64,000 bases of DNA from IMG/VR virus record IMGVR_UViG_3300045738_000438, positions 3,432 to 67,431 of that record; one strand, 5' to 3'. The notes under the pieces are model-generated. The model made no database searches and was not told the origin of the DNA. It saw only the letters and a list, made by a program, of their open reading frames with translations. Made by a program: the position numbers and the translations under genes. This stretch comes from a virus. Below are positions 38,401 to 45,014 of this stretch, one piece after another (position 1 is the first letter of the stretch; the number at the start of each line of letters is the position of its first letter).

Positions 38401-40953
38401 CCGATGATGAACCGTCTAGCTGAGTTCGTAGTCAGTGAAGATGACACCGACCCCGCTCTGACAATCAGCAGCTACCGGAAGGATTCACCATTCAGTAAGG
38501 CGCGTAAGGATGCTTTAGCTCCGTACTACTTTTACCAGCATGGATTCAAGTCAACCTTAGACATGAGGCGTTTTGCCATGCTTGGCTTCAGCCAACCGTT
38601 TGAGCAGTTGGTCTCTGCCATTAAGTCCATGTCAACAGAACTGGATACCCTTAAGACTAGGCTGCTTGGACAGGAGAGGGCGATCATGAGGGAAGCCAAG
38701 TTCCGTGGCATGGACTTGGATAGCATTGAAATCCAGCGTGAGCTAGGGAAGCGGATCAAGCTGGCCGTCAAGGATGGTCGTTCGTTCATCCCGGTGCGAG
38801 ACCAGATAGACATCCTGAAACAGGAAGCCGACATATATGTGGACAGGTTCATTAATGCTTTTGACCCAGCCTCAGTTGGCCAACGTGAAGACATGTTGCC
38901 TGCTTGGTGGCAGCGTAGCTGGGGCATAGCTGTTGGCGGAACACTTCAAAGCTTTGGGGTTCTGCTGAAGAACAAGTTGGACTCCACAATCTATGGTGGA
39001 TTGCAGCTTGGTTACCTGACAGGGCAGACTGGAGCCACAGCCTTCATGTCTGCATTGCTGTATCACATGCCGATAGTGGCCGGGAAAATGATGGGCAGCG
39101 CAGCCAAGTCTACCGGAGTTGCGCTTGGTAAGACTTTCACAAAAGGATTCCACAACGCGCTGCGAGGAACGAAGAACGCACGGGGGTTGGATAAACTTCT
39201 TGCGCCTATCCGTGGCTTCCTGTCCCCCGCCGCTGAGGAGTATTCCATGAACATGCCGTTGCGGATTAAGGAGTACCAGATGTTGAGCAAGCGTGGGCTT
39301 GGCATGCCAGTGACACCTGAGGCGACGATGGAATCAATGGAAGGGGACTTGGTCACAGGTGGCCGTGGTGTTGGAGCGTACAAGAACGATAACGCAATAA
39401 TCCAGTATGGAGTGAGGGGGATGATGGCTCTGGTCGGAGAAGGGGAAGCAGTGCTTGCCTTGACTGGACGCCCGTTCTTCCCGCGCATAGGTGACATTGC
39501 AGGTAACACCATCATCAGCAGGTTGGCCTACCAGTTTGTTAACCGGCTGGACAGCAGGTTGCGCCACGTTTACATGCGGCGACAGGACAGGGGCACCGCC
39601 GACATCATAACGGACATCAGCCCGGAAGAGTTACTTGGCCGATACCTTGGTGTGTTCAAGGCCAACCGCGCCAGTTACAACGAACTGTTAAACACTCTTG
39701 GCCGAGCCGGGGTTACGAACTTCCAAGCAGAGGCTCAGAACTTCTTGGCCAAGCTTGCCGCCGGGGAAACTGATGCACAGTTTCTTACCGACAAGCAGAG
39801 AGATCAGGTGGCGTCCATATTCGTTACCATGAGCAACGCTGCCACGCCGACCAACCGTTCGTTGGTTGCCAAGACCAGCGCGGCATGGAACGTGGCGTTG
39901 TCCCTCATGGGCTGGGGCTTGAACATGTTCCAAGTCTTTGGCGAGAAGACATTCCTGTTCAGCAGGAGCAGGCAGGGGGCAGCGCATGAGAAAGCAATGC
40001 AAAGCTTTGCATCGTTGGTGTTCTTGGTGGCGGCGATGGCAGCTACCGTACCTGAAGCTGAACTGGTTGGTTGGCTGGTTCGCCTATGGAAGAAGCACAT
40101 CCTTGGCAAGGAGGACACACGCACACTGATGCAGGATGTTGTTGGCTTGGACAAGAAAATCAAGGTGGCCATAAGCCTGTCGCCTAGCACCATACCGCTG
40201 ATGGGCGCAGGCATTGAAGCCTACCTGAACAACACACCGGGGCGTGGCCTCCATCATCCGGGCAGCTTGGCTATTGGCAAGGTGTCGGACTTGGCCGCTT
40301 ACGGCATTGGCGTGGCAGCTACAGGAGACTGGACATACCGGGGCGCGGAGACATTGCATAGCATCACTCCGATGACACAAGCTTTCACGCGCTTCACCGA
40401 CCAGCAGAAAGGGAAGAACATTTCGTTGGCTGCCAGCCGACTAATCAGGAAATACTATGGCGATCAGGATCAGATTGATCCTCCTTATTTTAAGAACAAG
40501 CTGGAGAAAGCCTTGGGTTTAAGTGAACTGAATCCACTCAAGGACAGGTTCAGTTCAGAGGTGGCGCGGGGTGACGCACGTGAGGCCGCAGCCACATTTG
40601 CCGAGATGGTTCGCACCGCAAAGGAGATTGGAAAGGAAGACCCAATAGGCTCGGTCAAGGCAAGCTTGAGGGGAAGGAATCCTGTGAGCTACACACTGAG
40701 GTCGAAGCCAACAAAGACTGAGTTCTTCAGGCAGCTAAAGGATATGCCGACCACAGAAAGGCTCAGGCTGGTTGAGATACTGAACCGCTACCAGTCAGTC
40801 TGGTCAGCGTTGGGCCTTGGGCCTTTGTTTAAGGAGGACAAGAAGGGGCTAGACATAAGCTTGCCCCGGATACCGAAGGGAAGGATGACCCCTTCAAGGT
40901 TTATCGGAGGAGGCAGGACGAGGCCGTTCAAGCCCAGCCCCCGGCTGCCGTGA
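26452..40953 (+). CDS. giant polyvalent ejection protein (4833 aa)
   Basis: Uninterrupted 14.5-kb ORF; Gly/Ala hydrophobic N-terminus; GrpE-like, zincin-like, ART-PolyVal-like, glycosylase-like and CmoA-like segments. Confidence 0.85.
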   Translation: MPITTGGIDYDFGIEDLDSLFSDFNANPDLVSLWDERRRQIEEREGFEDAPISSWLGGMHTGIMATPESINLQSQQIDELWDAWFGDDEAQKQSRLDRQEAQAEYDAVTKAEYESMANPDAAASGGWWGGVLAEELPFLIGSMGVGTLAKAGAKGLFKVAGKSLAKETAGKIGSRTALGTTAGIHGLRSGGGMFAEAVEMTAQRKLPALREANPDLTDEQVIDLAYADSQGEARGPATAAGALTAGLVTLFGFTGPQSWFLRGNKAGGDAVGNTIGQYLGSMVRHSGFEATEEGLDALGQGLIAKGTYDPERTWGQIGTHILDGVMAGAVMGGAYRGAFSAPTFAQNLYDKTKYNKDKVIADFIDIVTEANPKISKEEARKKATDAYESVLNEAVEGGAVVTKSEDVAEEGRGLPLLPEEDVASLEQQVIDATELHKAVVEKFGPESPEAKAALEDLNLLAKKKTDEGVKPSDIPGYPETADPEGELVHESKAKADGAGKSAKTWKTGDGVWRNIVRNADGSVFRDETIRVVYLRDEDGVTWKHVYRFKDGKVVSHELGVLPGEEAKQPREWKAPAGSHSAPVAGTESGFNRSRDEDGNLVEATSPEEDAMNYFNNEGEIITEEEALAAATPEAEAEGLWPRYEKGSRNNIEQAGDDLGKRASVAHGVRKSEKFTESTQEFQDYVNGVIQEAEDAGYTIEDATGKKYVEGMTVEADFTPATEEDEAIRLEDGEHRVIKRVIRPALFKDGKQQGGSLLPQYKVVVFGPKGEVKADPEGVTEAETEEEAEAERLEQENLRAKGNDYMADLPPKERAKLREKIRKEYGIPTEEEFQETVNKNFKEELERQAADGDQTAIDLLEALARKDASEAAPAAAPTETTEYVLSVSRRKGTKGKEKVAVDEVEGRPATTEVELGFTLGATVKHPAVLKWNAKRRTWGVGYYAGKDAKGKPKFNESFSLKDDSLVRTSKDGGKVIGAIIPRGITTSDFISKSLSEKDGTWVATDSRTSKKINLITMDETPQDEVVQAIVDNIKVVGLRKILAKAQASGVVTLESIRSLINEAEKGKSKQDKNLERVYSGSIEDAPKLAKALVSAISFFSEPKYYRDLIQREYQGKISRDEEAEIRKQAAALKSRGDKEIRAYAITRLLTNASEISDRMRRDRKTADDTLGYTPVDVDSDTADLRPRENWADELTKLEEEQEGTVDSGETVKTDTRPRSQLIDDLANSIEKSKRGSQMLESIDFDNPTAKDIETAQELASAVAPDNPALVLGILPDVQRRLFSAAGRLGVTKLKSGKAFPDAKGPVQISKIVNDPFNGMTDKQRGRAQALLRRMVPAVLNNLTLRVRTGVTDSTIGGEGIYFEGSFNSLLNLAEVVTGEDTSPDVVAEEIAHFTAKVLPAKYRRDAIRLQRAALGRRIKEVEAELDNEESAERLKILKALLGTLDEIKRRGGEVNSREYATIANYFAVSEGVEVDETGRTPQERVQDMFVQDRALYYDSITASVGTEAMDADYNKALLGDNGNDNLKELVSGMSETLELGKLHEEYKKAKISLRGVSRGRPEAETDEIITASYAIWRAIKKWEERNPYSTAKIRKMIEGAAELGGYTTKGWHGSTHFLEDNKYKSEYLGDATGAASAKEGFFFSKDKFTAESYGNVIASKESFDGLRVDDKFLMEQILKLNEAMKKERGTFLFKGETVYDADNLMAEGTVDLDHPDARTDLEIELADREKFQGESGVNQNEKSYSYNHPGLFPGQKAKNDKRAEEEGGVGPYVYRRDIYKLEGSPDTLGFAPRGNPKRWLGSGRGIKDKILEAQDFILDYIVSDILEYGHGVFHGKDFDDLSFYISSGSLTEFWDKDTQNTLSPEAVESIQNAERNIDRWVETDIDIGPADVWAAAGSKQEGVQAKGLSKEFKRVAVQVLKSLRSNKAAMLQRDNPDLDPEFSSTIDRYTSQLHEVYLRMVDPGTHDDKEMGYREETYLNRIAFDRAVGKDSTIIKNTQDGGTKWTGKYIQGASEFTDVYVVYEPEQIKSSEIITFSLDPVTKVPVFVPPSKRFNVMNANVAHSFRYRKGRAIGSPKRPVMSKAMNFFGQPSGPFEVDVNWLTKSEVQNLKRLLKKAVASGEGGRYWYERSSDMILKLTGGNVTEAERVVQLIAIFSPQNRVQPNLDAALKAYMRWRSGMTRAAFVHPDHNMKMGRDMENAADLLYDGKEWAGRKTNNFYNNLMILIDPTRTQGATVDMWIARMFGYKTDSPSDAQYTFMEEMMGQISTNIGWTIHQVQAGMWVYAQGLWVSMKGEINKAAEEAGIKKDKETGKYNLSDPEYDRLYRKMFHERVKKDLRMKKDSAGKYTVTEEDLLDFSHATARRVISFSNEFIPGNSTGILSGMIHAPDAIKVEYTANMLQAFYDRKTKRSIIGEELGWSTITGMDEVYTGSSTYINKDGETESNPSTVVQGYGGSAKGGEGSGKLERDADLSPLSESMYTEELILQSLYARQEMGAGYRAMDGGTASQNKGATIDVGKPLNAQETRSLVWATADLVKDVGGQAWAVSFYPNPNGITMVNLSAEASMIPNEEFKAFVKKAITKATQVQHVGRPALKKKDLPKPPKFNIKVFTADTVFVENNWKEDTNGEGYIRRSITARTSDILARLDERIGVRIDAVYRKWERRGYGNAPTNPTKFSTGITDISARDDWDRILRAGAESNLGGRDASRSETTVRVNQRGGFNLVDSVGDKPATSRDAVRSASDGDGRSAAGFFSNVTNGADASHIPKRTEYRLLIQLEEGALSFKQERDKHRGNFDNHIASSIPGFDDLQSAVGWAITQTYGQDTADMLDVGASEGALNKAITAMSRGRIRTVALDPNPSMALNYDSISKVDGAEYALAAWSSKEDEGSELWVDEEAGAPILGYKPDRQFDVVHEAMTFQFIDNKRPAHIARMKEHLKEGGIVILEEKVGDRAAQYRLNEDLKDDYKRYYFSEDQIQTKAKEVLAGDEDEIEGMTEKQVSKDELELALNENFQNVVMIWDSGNFKGYVASDDAGQLQRFLSNLQPTDTQFSNTVTPNVVASPDTDLIQFASARAETAPDFTPEGWRSSDSEAGFLSQEHSPGMQEIIDRSYDVSNPDEFYAKGLVSRSNEGLFRRGLNIALNILDGIREAHGNVEAGERREKRKFFEAVEDMLKTGEGLDMNRSASFSGLLIREGIEAGSLNIIKSPKRVAAARDLLLEQGRAGRAEKLGQQARAGTSLIRDIIKRYLPKDVSKTAYNILGLHRADEMWEVVKNIPGPKEYTNLRAKFLADDHPDLAASLADTSYKFLKMVEGKMESIIASYRKQADKMSGEKFQKLADKIQLSLAKKNLTQAAAADIAKQLNAAINAISSVAPSARTTNVLLEIAGSEEQLKALQSKNEIILGRVGQIASILSQSPQGQRLLIPNTHATAADVKQLAREMWGVFRYQKTLMSRPPNIAGLTPLPSKPVFDPVGVNLNIWEMAAGMLAVNHSLKENALAVVFASDPDMELASVKDFATKLGKDMQHKDPLQRAAALQRALKKVTRFTEKAERQRLIFQKYYESITKEFKNLRDLYQAAQVARQYLLDPDLKELKLKLVNDSKAVEAPGFADEAWYDKFENGVLHVPVPSIREEGKGSVVKVRVLSDEGGTKELSTLMSVIDTLQSWLQNNFDSEKNEPTSPYFGFYWNWYHQLTTTYVSELVMNPKQNERLLFNRTFFAIPERWIDNFPTRSAEIAKRRMQRFSTYFNLMGDWSAKHAAPWKVSITKAAKSHDIAHDTVQEMLNEWNLRVGNALKYSHQEGGVEFGVGNELPSGEVVTKEDMALLEYESRITAEAFNINEEISGIDESFLPTTIKEQIGKKKYQRMALAKGKNFLPRVFSSEGRQLVRDYKELTREREEATVELFDDLIGVRRDVLISFINDRNPEFIAQAPSSLETVYNDVAAEVRENKTPPEVEAIVERIAELGSKSKNAVKVQILEELAPMMNRLAEFVVSEDDTDPALTISSYRKDSPFSKARKDALAPYYFYQHGFKSTLDMRRFAMLGFSQPFEQLVSAIKSMSTELDTLKTRLLGQERAIMREAKFRGMDLDSIEIQRELGKRIKLAVKDGRSFIPVRDQIDILKQEADIYVDRFINAFDPASVGQREDMLPAWWQRSWGIAVGGTLQSFGVLLKNKLDSTIYGGLQLGYLTGQTGATAFMSALLYHMPIVAGKMMGSAAKSTGVALGKTFTKGFHNALRGTKNARGLDKLLAPIRGFLSPAAEEYSMNMPLRIKEYQMLSKRGLGMPVTPEATMESMEGDLVTGGRGVGAYKNDNAIIQYGVRGMMALVGEGEAVLALTGRPFFPRIGDIAGNTIISRLAYQFVNRLDSRLRHVYMRRQDRGTADIITDISPEELLGRYLGVFKANRASYNELLNTLGRAGVTNFQAEAQNFLAKLAAGETDAQFLTDKQRDQVASIFVTMSNAATPTNRSLVAKTSAAWNVALSLMGWGLNMFQVFGEKTFLFSRSRQGAAHEKAMQSFASLVFLVAAMAATVPEAELVGWLVRLWKKHILGKEDTRTLMQDVVGLDKKIKVAISLSPSTIPLMGAGIEAYLNNTPGRGLHHPGSLAIGKVSDLAAYGIGVAATGDWTYRGAETLHSITPMTQAFTRFTDQQKGKNISLAASRLIRKYYGDQDQIDPPYFKNKLEKALGLSELNPLKDRFSSEVARGDAREAAATFAEMVRTAKEIGKEDPIGSVKASLRGRNPVSYTLRSKPTKTEFFRQLKDMPTTERLRLVEILNRYQSVWSALGLGPLFKEDKKGLDISLPRIPKGRMTPSRFIGGGRTRPFKPSPRLP
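30931..30949. repeat. 19-bp palindrome copy 5 (intragenic, perfect)
   Basis: TTATACTATGATAGTATAA inside the giant gene. Confidence 0.9.
35041..35059. repeat. 19-bp palindrome copy 6 (intragenic)
   Basis: TTAAACTATGATAGTATAA inside the CmoA-like coding segment. Confidence 0.9.
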
Positions 40954-41148
40954 CAGCTTGTGGAAGGCTTTGCGTATCCAGTATCCACGCATGAAGGCGA
41001 CAGCCGCAAGCACCAGTGACATGCCAGCGTTCTCGTACATGCGTATGCCGTAGCCGAGCCAGTGGAGTAGTCCATAAACCAACAGAAGGTTGATCACGTA
41101 ACCTACCACCACGTTGGTCAGGCTTTCTGCGGCGTGGAGTTTACTCAT
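40894..41148 (-). CDS. small two-TM membrane protein
   Basis: ESLTNVVVGYVIN...RGYWIRKAF; overlaps the recombinase stop codon. Confidence 0.65.
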   Translation of the reverse strand: MSKLHAAESLTNVVVGYVINLLLVYGLLHWLGYGIRMYENAGMSLVLAAVAFMRGYWIRKAFHKLSRQPGAGLERPRPASSDKP

Positions 41149-42014
41149 ACCTCAATACTTGAACCATCGAACGCCTTGGCAATGTCCACCTCGTCACGGT
41201 CAATATACCTTTGCAGCATGCGGGGTGAATCCCATCCAATGATTGCGGTGATGGTTGTCACCCTCACCCCTGACTCCAGCATGCGTGTAGCTGCACCGTG
41301 ACGAAGGCAGTGGTAGGTGAACTTATCGTTAAGCCCCGCTGCCCGGACGATGTCCTTGAACTCAGTGGACAAGGTGCCCCGGCTGGCATACCTGCGCTTG
41401 GCTGACGGGAAGAACGAGCCGCCCTCGTCAGGCACCTTCTTCAGTGCGGCCTCCACGTCAGGCACCAACGGTAAGACGATCTCCTTCTTCTTGCGCTTAC
41501 GAGGAATGAACCTGATCTGCTTGGCCTTCCAGTCAACAAACCCCCGCTCAAACTGAGCGGTGTCACCGAGTCGCATCCCGTAATGCCACCCAAGTAATAT
41601 CATAGGCGTCCAGTAGTGGCTGTTCCTATGCGAGCGGCTTGCCGATAACAAATCCTTGGCGTCTTGTTGCTTGAAGCCAACGATATCAGCCGCCTCCTCA
41701 GGGAACCTTGGGATGAGGGCAGTTGGGTTCCTGTTCATAAGCTCCCTGTCCACCCAGAACTGGAAGAAGGACTTCAAGATGGCCAAGGTGTGGTTGAGGG
41801 TTATGCCTTTGACCCCTCTCTTTTTTGAGAGGAGCATAAAGGAGTGGACTGCATCTGGTTTTAACGGATTCAGGTTCTCCTTGAAGCAGTGTGAGGCATA
41901 GCTATCAAGCTTCCATTGATAGCAGTTGATCGTTGATTCACTGGCGGCGAGCATCTTCCACGTAATATACTCAACCACCATTTCCGGTAGGTTCATGGTT
42001 TTTTTTCTAGGCAT
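41145..42014 (-). CDS. int: tyrosine recombinase/integrase
   Basis: GMRLGD (R), HCLRH (HxxR), IGW, RY catalytic Tyr; N-terminal SAM-like core-binding domain. Confidence 0.92.
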   Translation of the reverse strand: MPRKKTMNLPEMVVEYITWKMLAASESTINCYQWKLDSYASHCFKENLNPLKPDAVHSFMLLSKKRGVKGITLNHTLAILKSFFQFWVDRELMNRNPTALIPRFPEEAADIVGFKQQDAKDLLSASRSHRNSHYWTPMILLGWHYGMRLGDTAQFERGFVDWKAKQIRFIPRKRKKKEIVLPLVPDVEAALKKVPDEGGSFFPSAKRRYASRGTLSTEFKDIVRAAGLNDKFTYHCLRHGAATRMLESGVRVTTITAIIGWDSPRMLQRYIDRDEVDIAKAFDGSSIEV

Positions 42015-42016
42015 GG

Positions 42017-42035
42017 TTAAATTATGATAGTTTAA
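42017..42035. repeat. 19-bp palindrome copy 7
   Basis: TTAAATTATGATAGTTTAA directly upstream of the recombinase ATG. Confidence 0.9.
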
Positions 42036-42336
42036 GGAGTTCCAGAAGGTACTCCTTGTTGGATGACCTCTTCACGTGTGCCATTGATGGCCCACGCATT
42101 AGGTACTTCCTTGTGTTAGACTGGTTGATGAGGTCAACCCCGCATGCGGCTGAGAAGCTGTCCACCTCTGCAACGGTGCATGTGACCCAACTACGCATGC
42201 GACTGATCTGCCCAACACGCTTGACAGTGAGGCCAGACTTGCGGCTGATATCTTTGTTAGATAGAGACCGGGAGCCTGCCCTAGCCAGCACCCTGACTAA
42301 GTTAGGGGGAAGCTGGTTGAGCTTTTTAATCAACAC
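42022..42336 (-). CDS. HTH DNA-binding protein
   Basis: LSNKDISRKSGLTVKRVGQIS helix-turn-helix. Confidence 0.65.
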   Translation of the reverse strand: MLIKKLNQLPPNLVRVLARAGSRSLSNKDISRKSGLTVKRVGQISRMRSWVTCTVAEVDSFSAACGVDLINQSNTRKYLMRGPSMAHVKRSSNKEYLLELLKLS

Positions 42337-42529
42337 GGTTCCGTCCGCTATAATCCCGGCAGCGGAACCCCGGAGTCACGTCAAGGTAATCAGTCAGCCA
42401 TTGGAGCTTAAACCTATGGCTTCCGCTGCAACCAGCGGCCTTCTTCAGTGCCGTAATATAAGTCCGCTTAACACCTAGTGCATGTGCGGCTTGATCGTTG
42501 TTGACCAAGTATGGTTCTTTATCCTCCAT
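42326..42529 (-). CDS. small winged-HTH/excisionase-like protein
   Basis: VNNDQAAHALGVKRTYI. Confidence 0.5.
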   Translation of the reverse strand: MEDKEPYLVNNDQAAHALGVKRTYITALKKAAGCSGSHRFKLQWLTDYLDVTPGFRCRDYSGRNRVD

Positions 42530-42531
42530 AG

Positions 42532-43839
42532 CTATATAGTGTATGTTCCGTTCTCAAACCTTGTGTATGTTTTAAAAAATACCAACGGTATTTTAACCCC
42601 TGATTCTCCCTCCCTGTTTTTGTCTACGCTTACGATGACGGGCATCCCCGGCCCCAATGAGTTTACGTTGGGGTCTTTCCAAATAAAGACCACCGAATCC
42701 GCGTCGGCCTCAATTGCACCAGAATCCCTGAGATCAGATAGCTTCGGAGGGCGACTATCCTTGTCCACTTGGCGGCTGAGTTGACTAAGGACTACGATGG
42801 GCACCCTCAGTTCCTTGGCGATGGCCTTCAGGCCGTTACTAATTTCTGCAACCTCATCGTTCCTTGAACCCTTATCACGTGTGGATCGGATCAACTGTAG
42901 ATAGTCAACGAACAGGCACTTGATGCCGTGTTGCTGCTTCATTCTTCTGGCGGCAGCCGCAATCTGCTGAACAGTTAGTGCTGACCTATCATCAATGTAA
43001 ACCGGAGCTTTGCAAATATCATCGGCTGCTGCGGACAACTTCCCCATGTTAACGCTGAACTCCTGACGGGGAACCTTGGCCTGCATGTGGATGAGCCTTG
43101 CGATCAGGCTTTCCGCTGACATCTCTAATGAAAATATCCCAACCGGAATGCTGCGGCCTACCGCTATGTTCTGAGCCATACATAGGGCCAAGCTTGTCTT
43201 ACCCATGCTGGGACGTGCCGCTAAGATTATAACTGATGACGGCTGCAACCCGTTCAGCACTGAGTCAAGGTCTGCGTAACCTGTTAACAATCCGCGCAAT
43301 GAGTTGGGGTCTTTGATGGCGGCAGCCATCTTGGACATATACTCATTGGCCATGTCCACGTTGGATCGGTCACCGCCTGAGTTGTCTTGAGCAATGGCAA
43401 GCACGTCCCGTTGCACAGCGTCCAGTGCCTTGGTTGCGTTAGGAGAAGTCTGTCCTGCCCGGATGGCAGCGTTGCCCACACATATCAACTCCCTCTTGAT
43501 CCAGTAATCTCGGATACCATCGGCGTAGTACGGCCAGTTGGCGGTTGAAGGGATGTTGTCCTGAAGGCTGACCAGCCGGGACAGCCCGCCCACGGATTCC
43601 AGATTGTTGTCCAGCTTAAGCGCAGTCTGTACGGTGAGGGTGTCTATGTTGGTACGTTTGTCTTGAAGCTTCAGGATGACACCGAAGATGTCCTTGTTCC
43701 TGATGTCGTAGAAGTAATCACGGCAGCGCGGGTGCTGGCTAATGAACCCGGACAAGGCATCCTTTGGGTCGCCTATCAGGCATCCAAGCAACCCGTCCTC
43801 CAAGGTCACGTCATGTGGGGGTACGTTTAAATCCGTCAC
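42532..43839 (-). CDS. dnaB: replicative DNA helicase
   Basis: PPHD N-terminus, AARPSMGKT, FSLEMS, VDYLQL, LSQLSR, DLRDSGAIEADAD, KNREG. Confidence 0.97.
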   Translation of the reverse strand: MTDLNVPPHDVTLEDGLLGCLIGDPKDALSGFISQHPRCRDYFYDIRNKDIFGVILKLQDKRTNIDTLTVQTALKLDNNLESVGGLSRLVSLQDNIPSTANWPYYADGIRDYWIKRELICVGNAAIRAGQTSPNATKALDAVQRDVLAIAQDNSGGDRSNVDMANEYMSKMAAAIKDPNSLRGLLTGYADLDSVLNGLQPSSVIILAARPSMGKTSLALCMAQNIAVGRSIPVGIFSLEMSAESLIARLIHMQAKVPRQEFSVNMGKLSAAADDICKAPVYIDDRSALTVQQIAAAARRMKQQHGIKCLFVDYLQLIRSTRDKGSRNDEVAEISNGLKAIAKELRVPIVVLSQLSRQVDKDSRPPKLSDLRDSGAIEADADSVVFIWKDPNVNSLGPGMPVIVSVDKNREGESGVKIPLVFFKTYTRFENGTYTI

Positions 43840-44189
43840 AGCTTTTGGAATTCCTTTGGCATTTCACGCACCATCTTAAAGAAGTCTTTTAGTGAAACGC
43901 ATACCAACCATTCTGTATAGTTCCTGCGAAATGCGAACATAGGAATCTGCTCCTCACTTGCATCCCGCTTGGCTTGGTTGTACCCGTCCCTTGTACACCC
44001 ACGCTCCCGGTGCTTTACCTCAATATGGAATCGGTTAAGCGAATCACACTTAACATCCGGGGCTGCTCCACCATCAGCACCAATGGCTGAGTGCTGGCAC
44101 CCCCTGATTGCGTCCTCGTAACCTGCTTCTCGCAGTTCATCCCTGAACGCACGTTCGGCAGCCGCTCCTTTGCGGTGACTGTTAATCAC
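43836..44189 (-). CDS. Holliday junction resolvase (Hjc-like PD-(D/E)XK)
   Basis: KGAAAER, PDV, IEVK. Confidence 0.8.
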   Translation of the reverse strand: MINSHRKGAAAERAFRDELREAGYEDAIRGCQHSAIGADGGAAPDVKCDSLNRFHIEVKHRERGCTRDGYNQAKRDASEEQIPMFAFRRNYTEWLVCVSLKDFFKMVREMPKEFQKL

Positions 44190-44548
44190 AGCACCACCTC
44201 CTCCGAGGCGTAGCCCGTCTTGTAGTAGTCTACCTCCAGCATGGATGACTTAGGGATGTACCACTGGTCTCCCTCTCCATGCTCCCCGTCAGCCCCGTCA
44301 CTGATAGCGTTCTCTAAGCTTACCTCCAGTCGGACACCCCTCTTGGGGTCAGTGAAGGCGAACGACTTGACCCCGTTCTCTTCAGCGTAACCAAGCAGCT
44401 TCTTGTCAAAGCTGAGGGATTCCTTCTGCCATAAGGTGGCGGTGTTGAACGGGAACTCACGGACGATGGTGTCGTCAACGTGCTTCCCAATGAACGTCTT
44501 CCTGTTGTTAACTGTAGTGTATATTGCTTTCAATTTATTACTCCCCAT
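44186..44548 (-). CDS. hypothetical protein
   Basis: Coupled ORF in replication operon. Confidence 0.65.
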   Translation of the reverse strand: MGSNKLKAIYTTVNNRKTFIGKHVDDTIVREFPFNTATLWQKESLSFDKKLLGYAEENGVKSFAFTDPKRGVRLEVSLENAISDGADGEHGEGDQWYIPKSSMLEVDYYKTGYASEEVVL

Positions 44549-45014
44549 GATCTAACTTCTCAAACCAAACGTCCTTTTTGTCTACAAAGTAGAAGATTTC
44601 TTCCACGTCTTCGTACCTATTGTCCTTTCGTTTCTCAGCCCACCACTTGTCCTTTGTCTTGGCTACATCAATGACCGCCACATGCTCACCGTCAACGGAA
44701 ACAATAAAGTAGAAGGCAGGCGGCATCCCCTTGTGATGATCAAAGCTATACTTATTACAAATGATGAGGCTCTTGTACGGGTAGTCATCACAGCATGTGA
44801 ATTGGACTGACTTGGCCTTGACCTCCATTCGTTTCAGAATGAACAGGTCACCGTCATCCACCATGTCTATGCGCTGGTGCTGGTGCTTGGCAACGTGGGT
44901 TGGCGGCACTTGTACAGTGTGCCCTTTGCTCAACAAATGCGCCGCCACCTTACGCACCATGCTGCTGCTTGAAGCCACGTGGTTGCGGTACTTCTGCCAG
45001 TCGTTTGGGTTCAT
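44538..45014 (-). CDS. hypothetical protein, restriction-endonuclease-like fold possible
   Basis: DDGDL...MEVK pattern. Confidence 0.6.
   Translation of the reverse strand: MNPNDWQKYRNHVASSSSMVRKVAAHLLSKGHTVQVPPTHVAKHQHQRIDMVDDGDLFILKRMEVKAKSVQFTCCDDYPYKSLIICNKYSFDHHKGMPPAFYFIVSVDGEHVAVIDVAKTKDKWWAEKRKDNRYEDVEEIFYFVDKKDVWFEKLDHGE

Noticed and set aside
4758-40380. Numerous antisense and alternate-frame ORFs in the track
   Set aside because: Shadow ORFs of long genes with no recognisable motifs
26452-40953. Giant protein as a virion RNA polymerase (N4 or crAss-like)
   Set aside because: No DFDxD/NADFDGD or T7-type catalytic motifs found by eye
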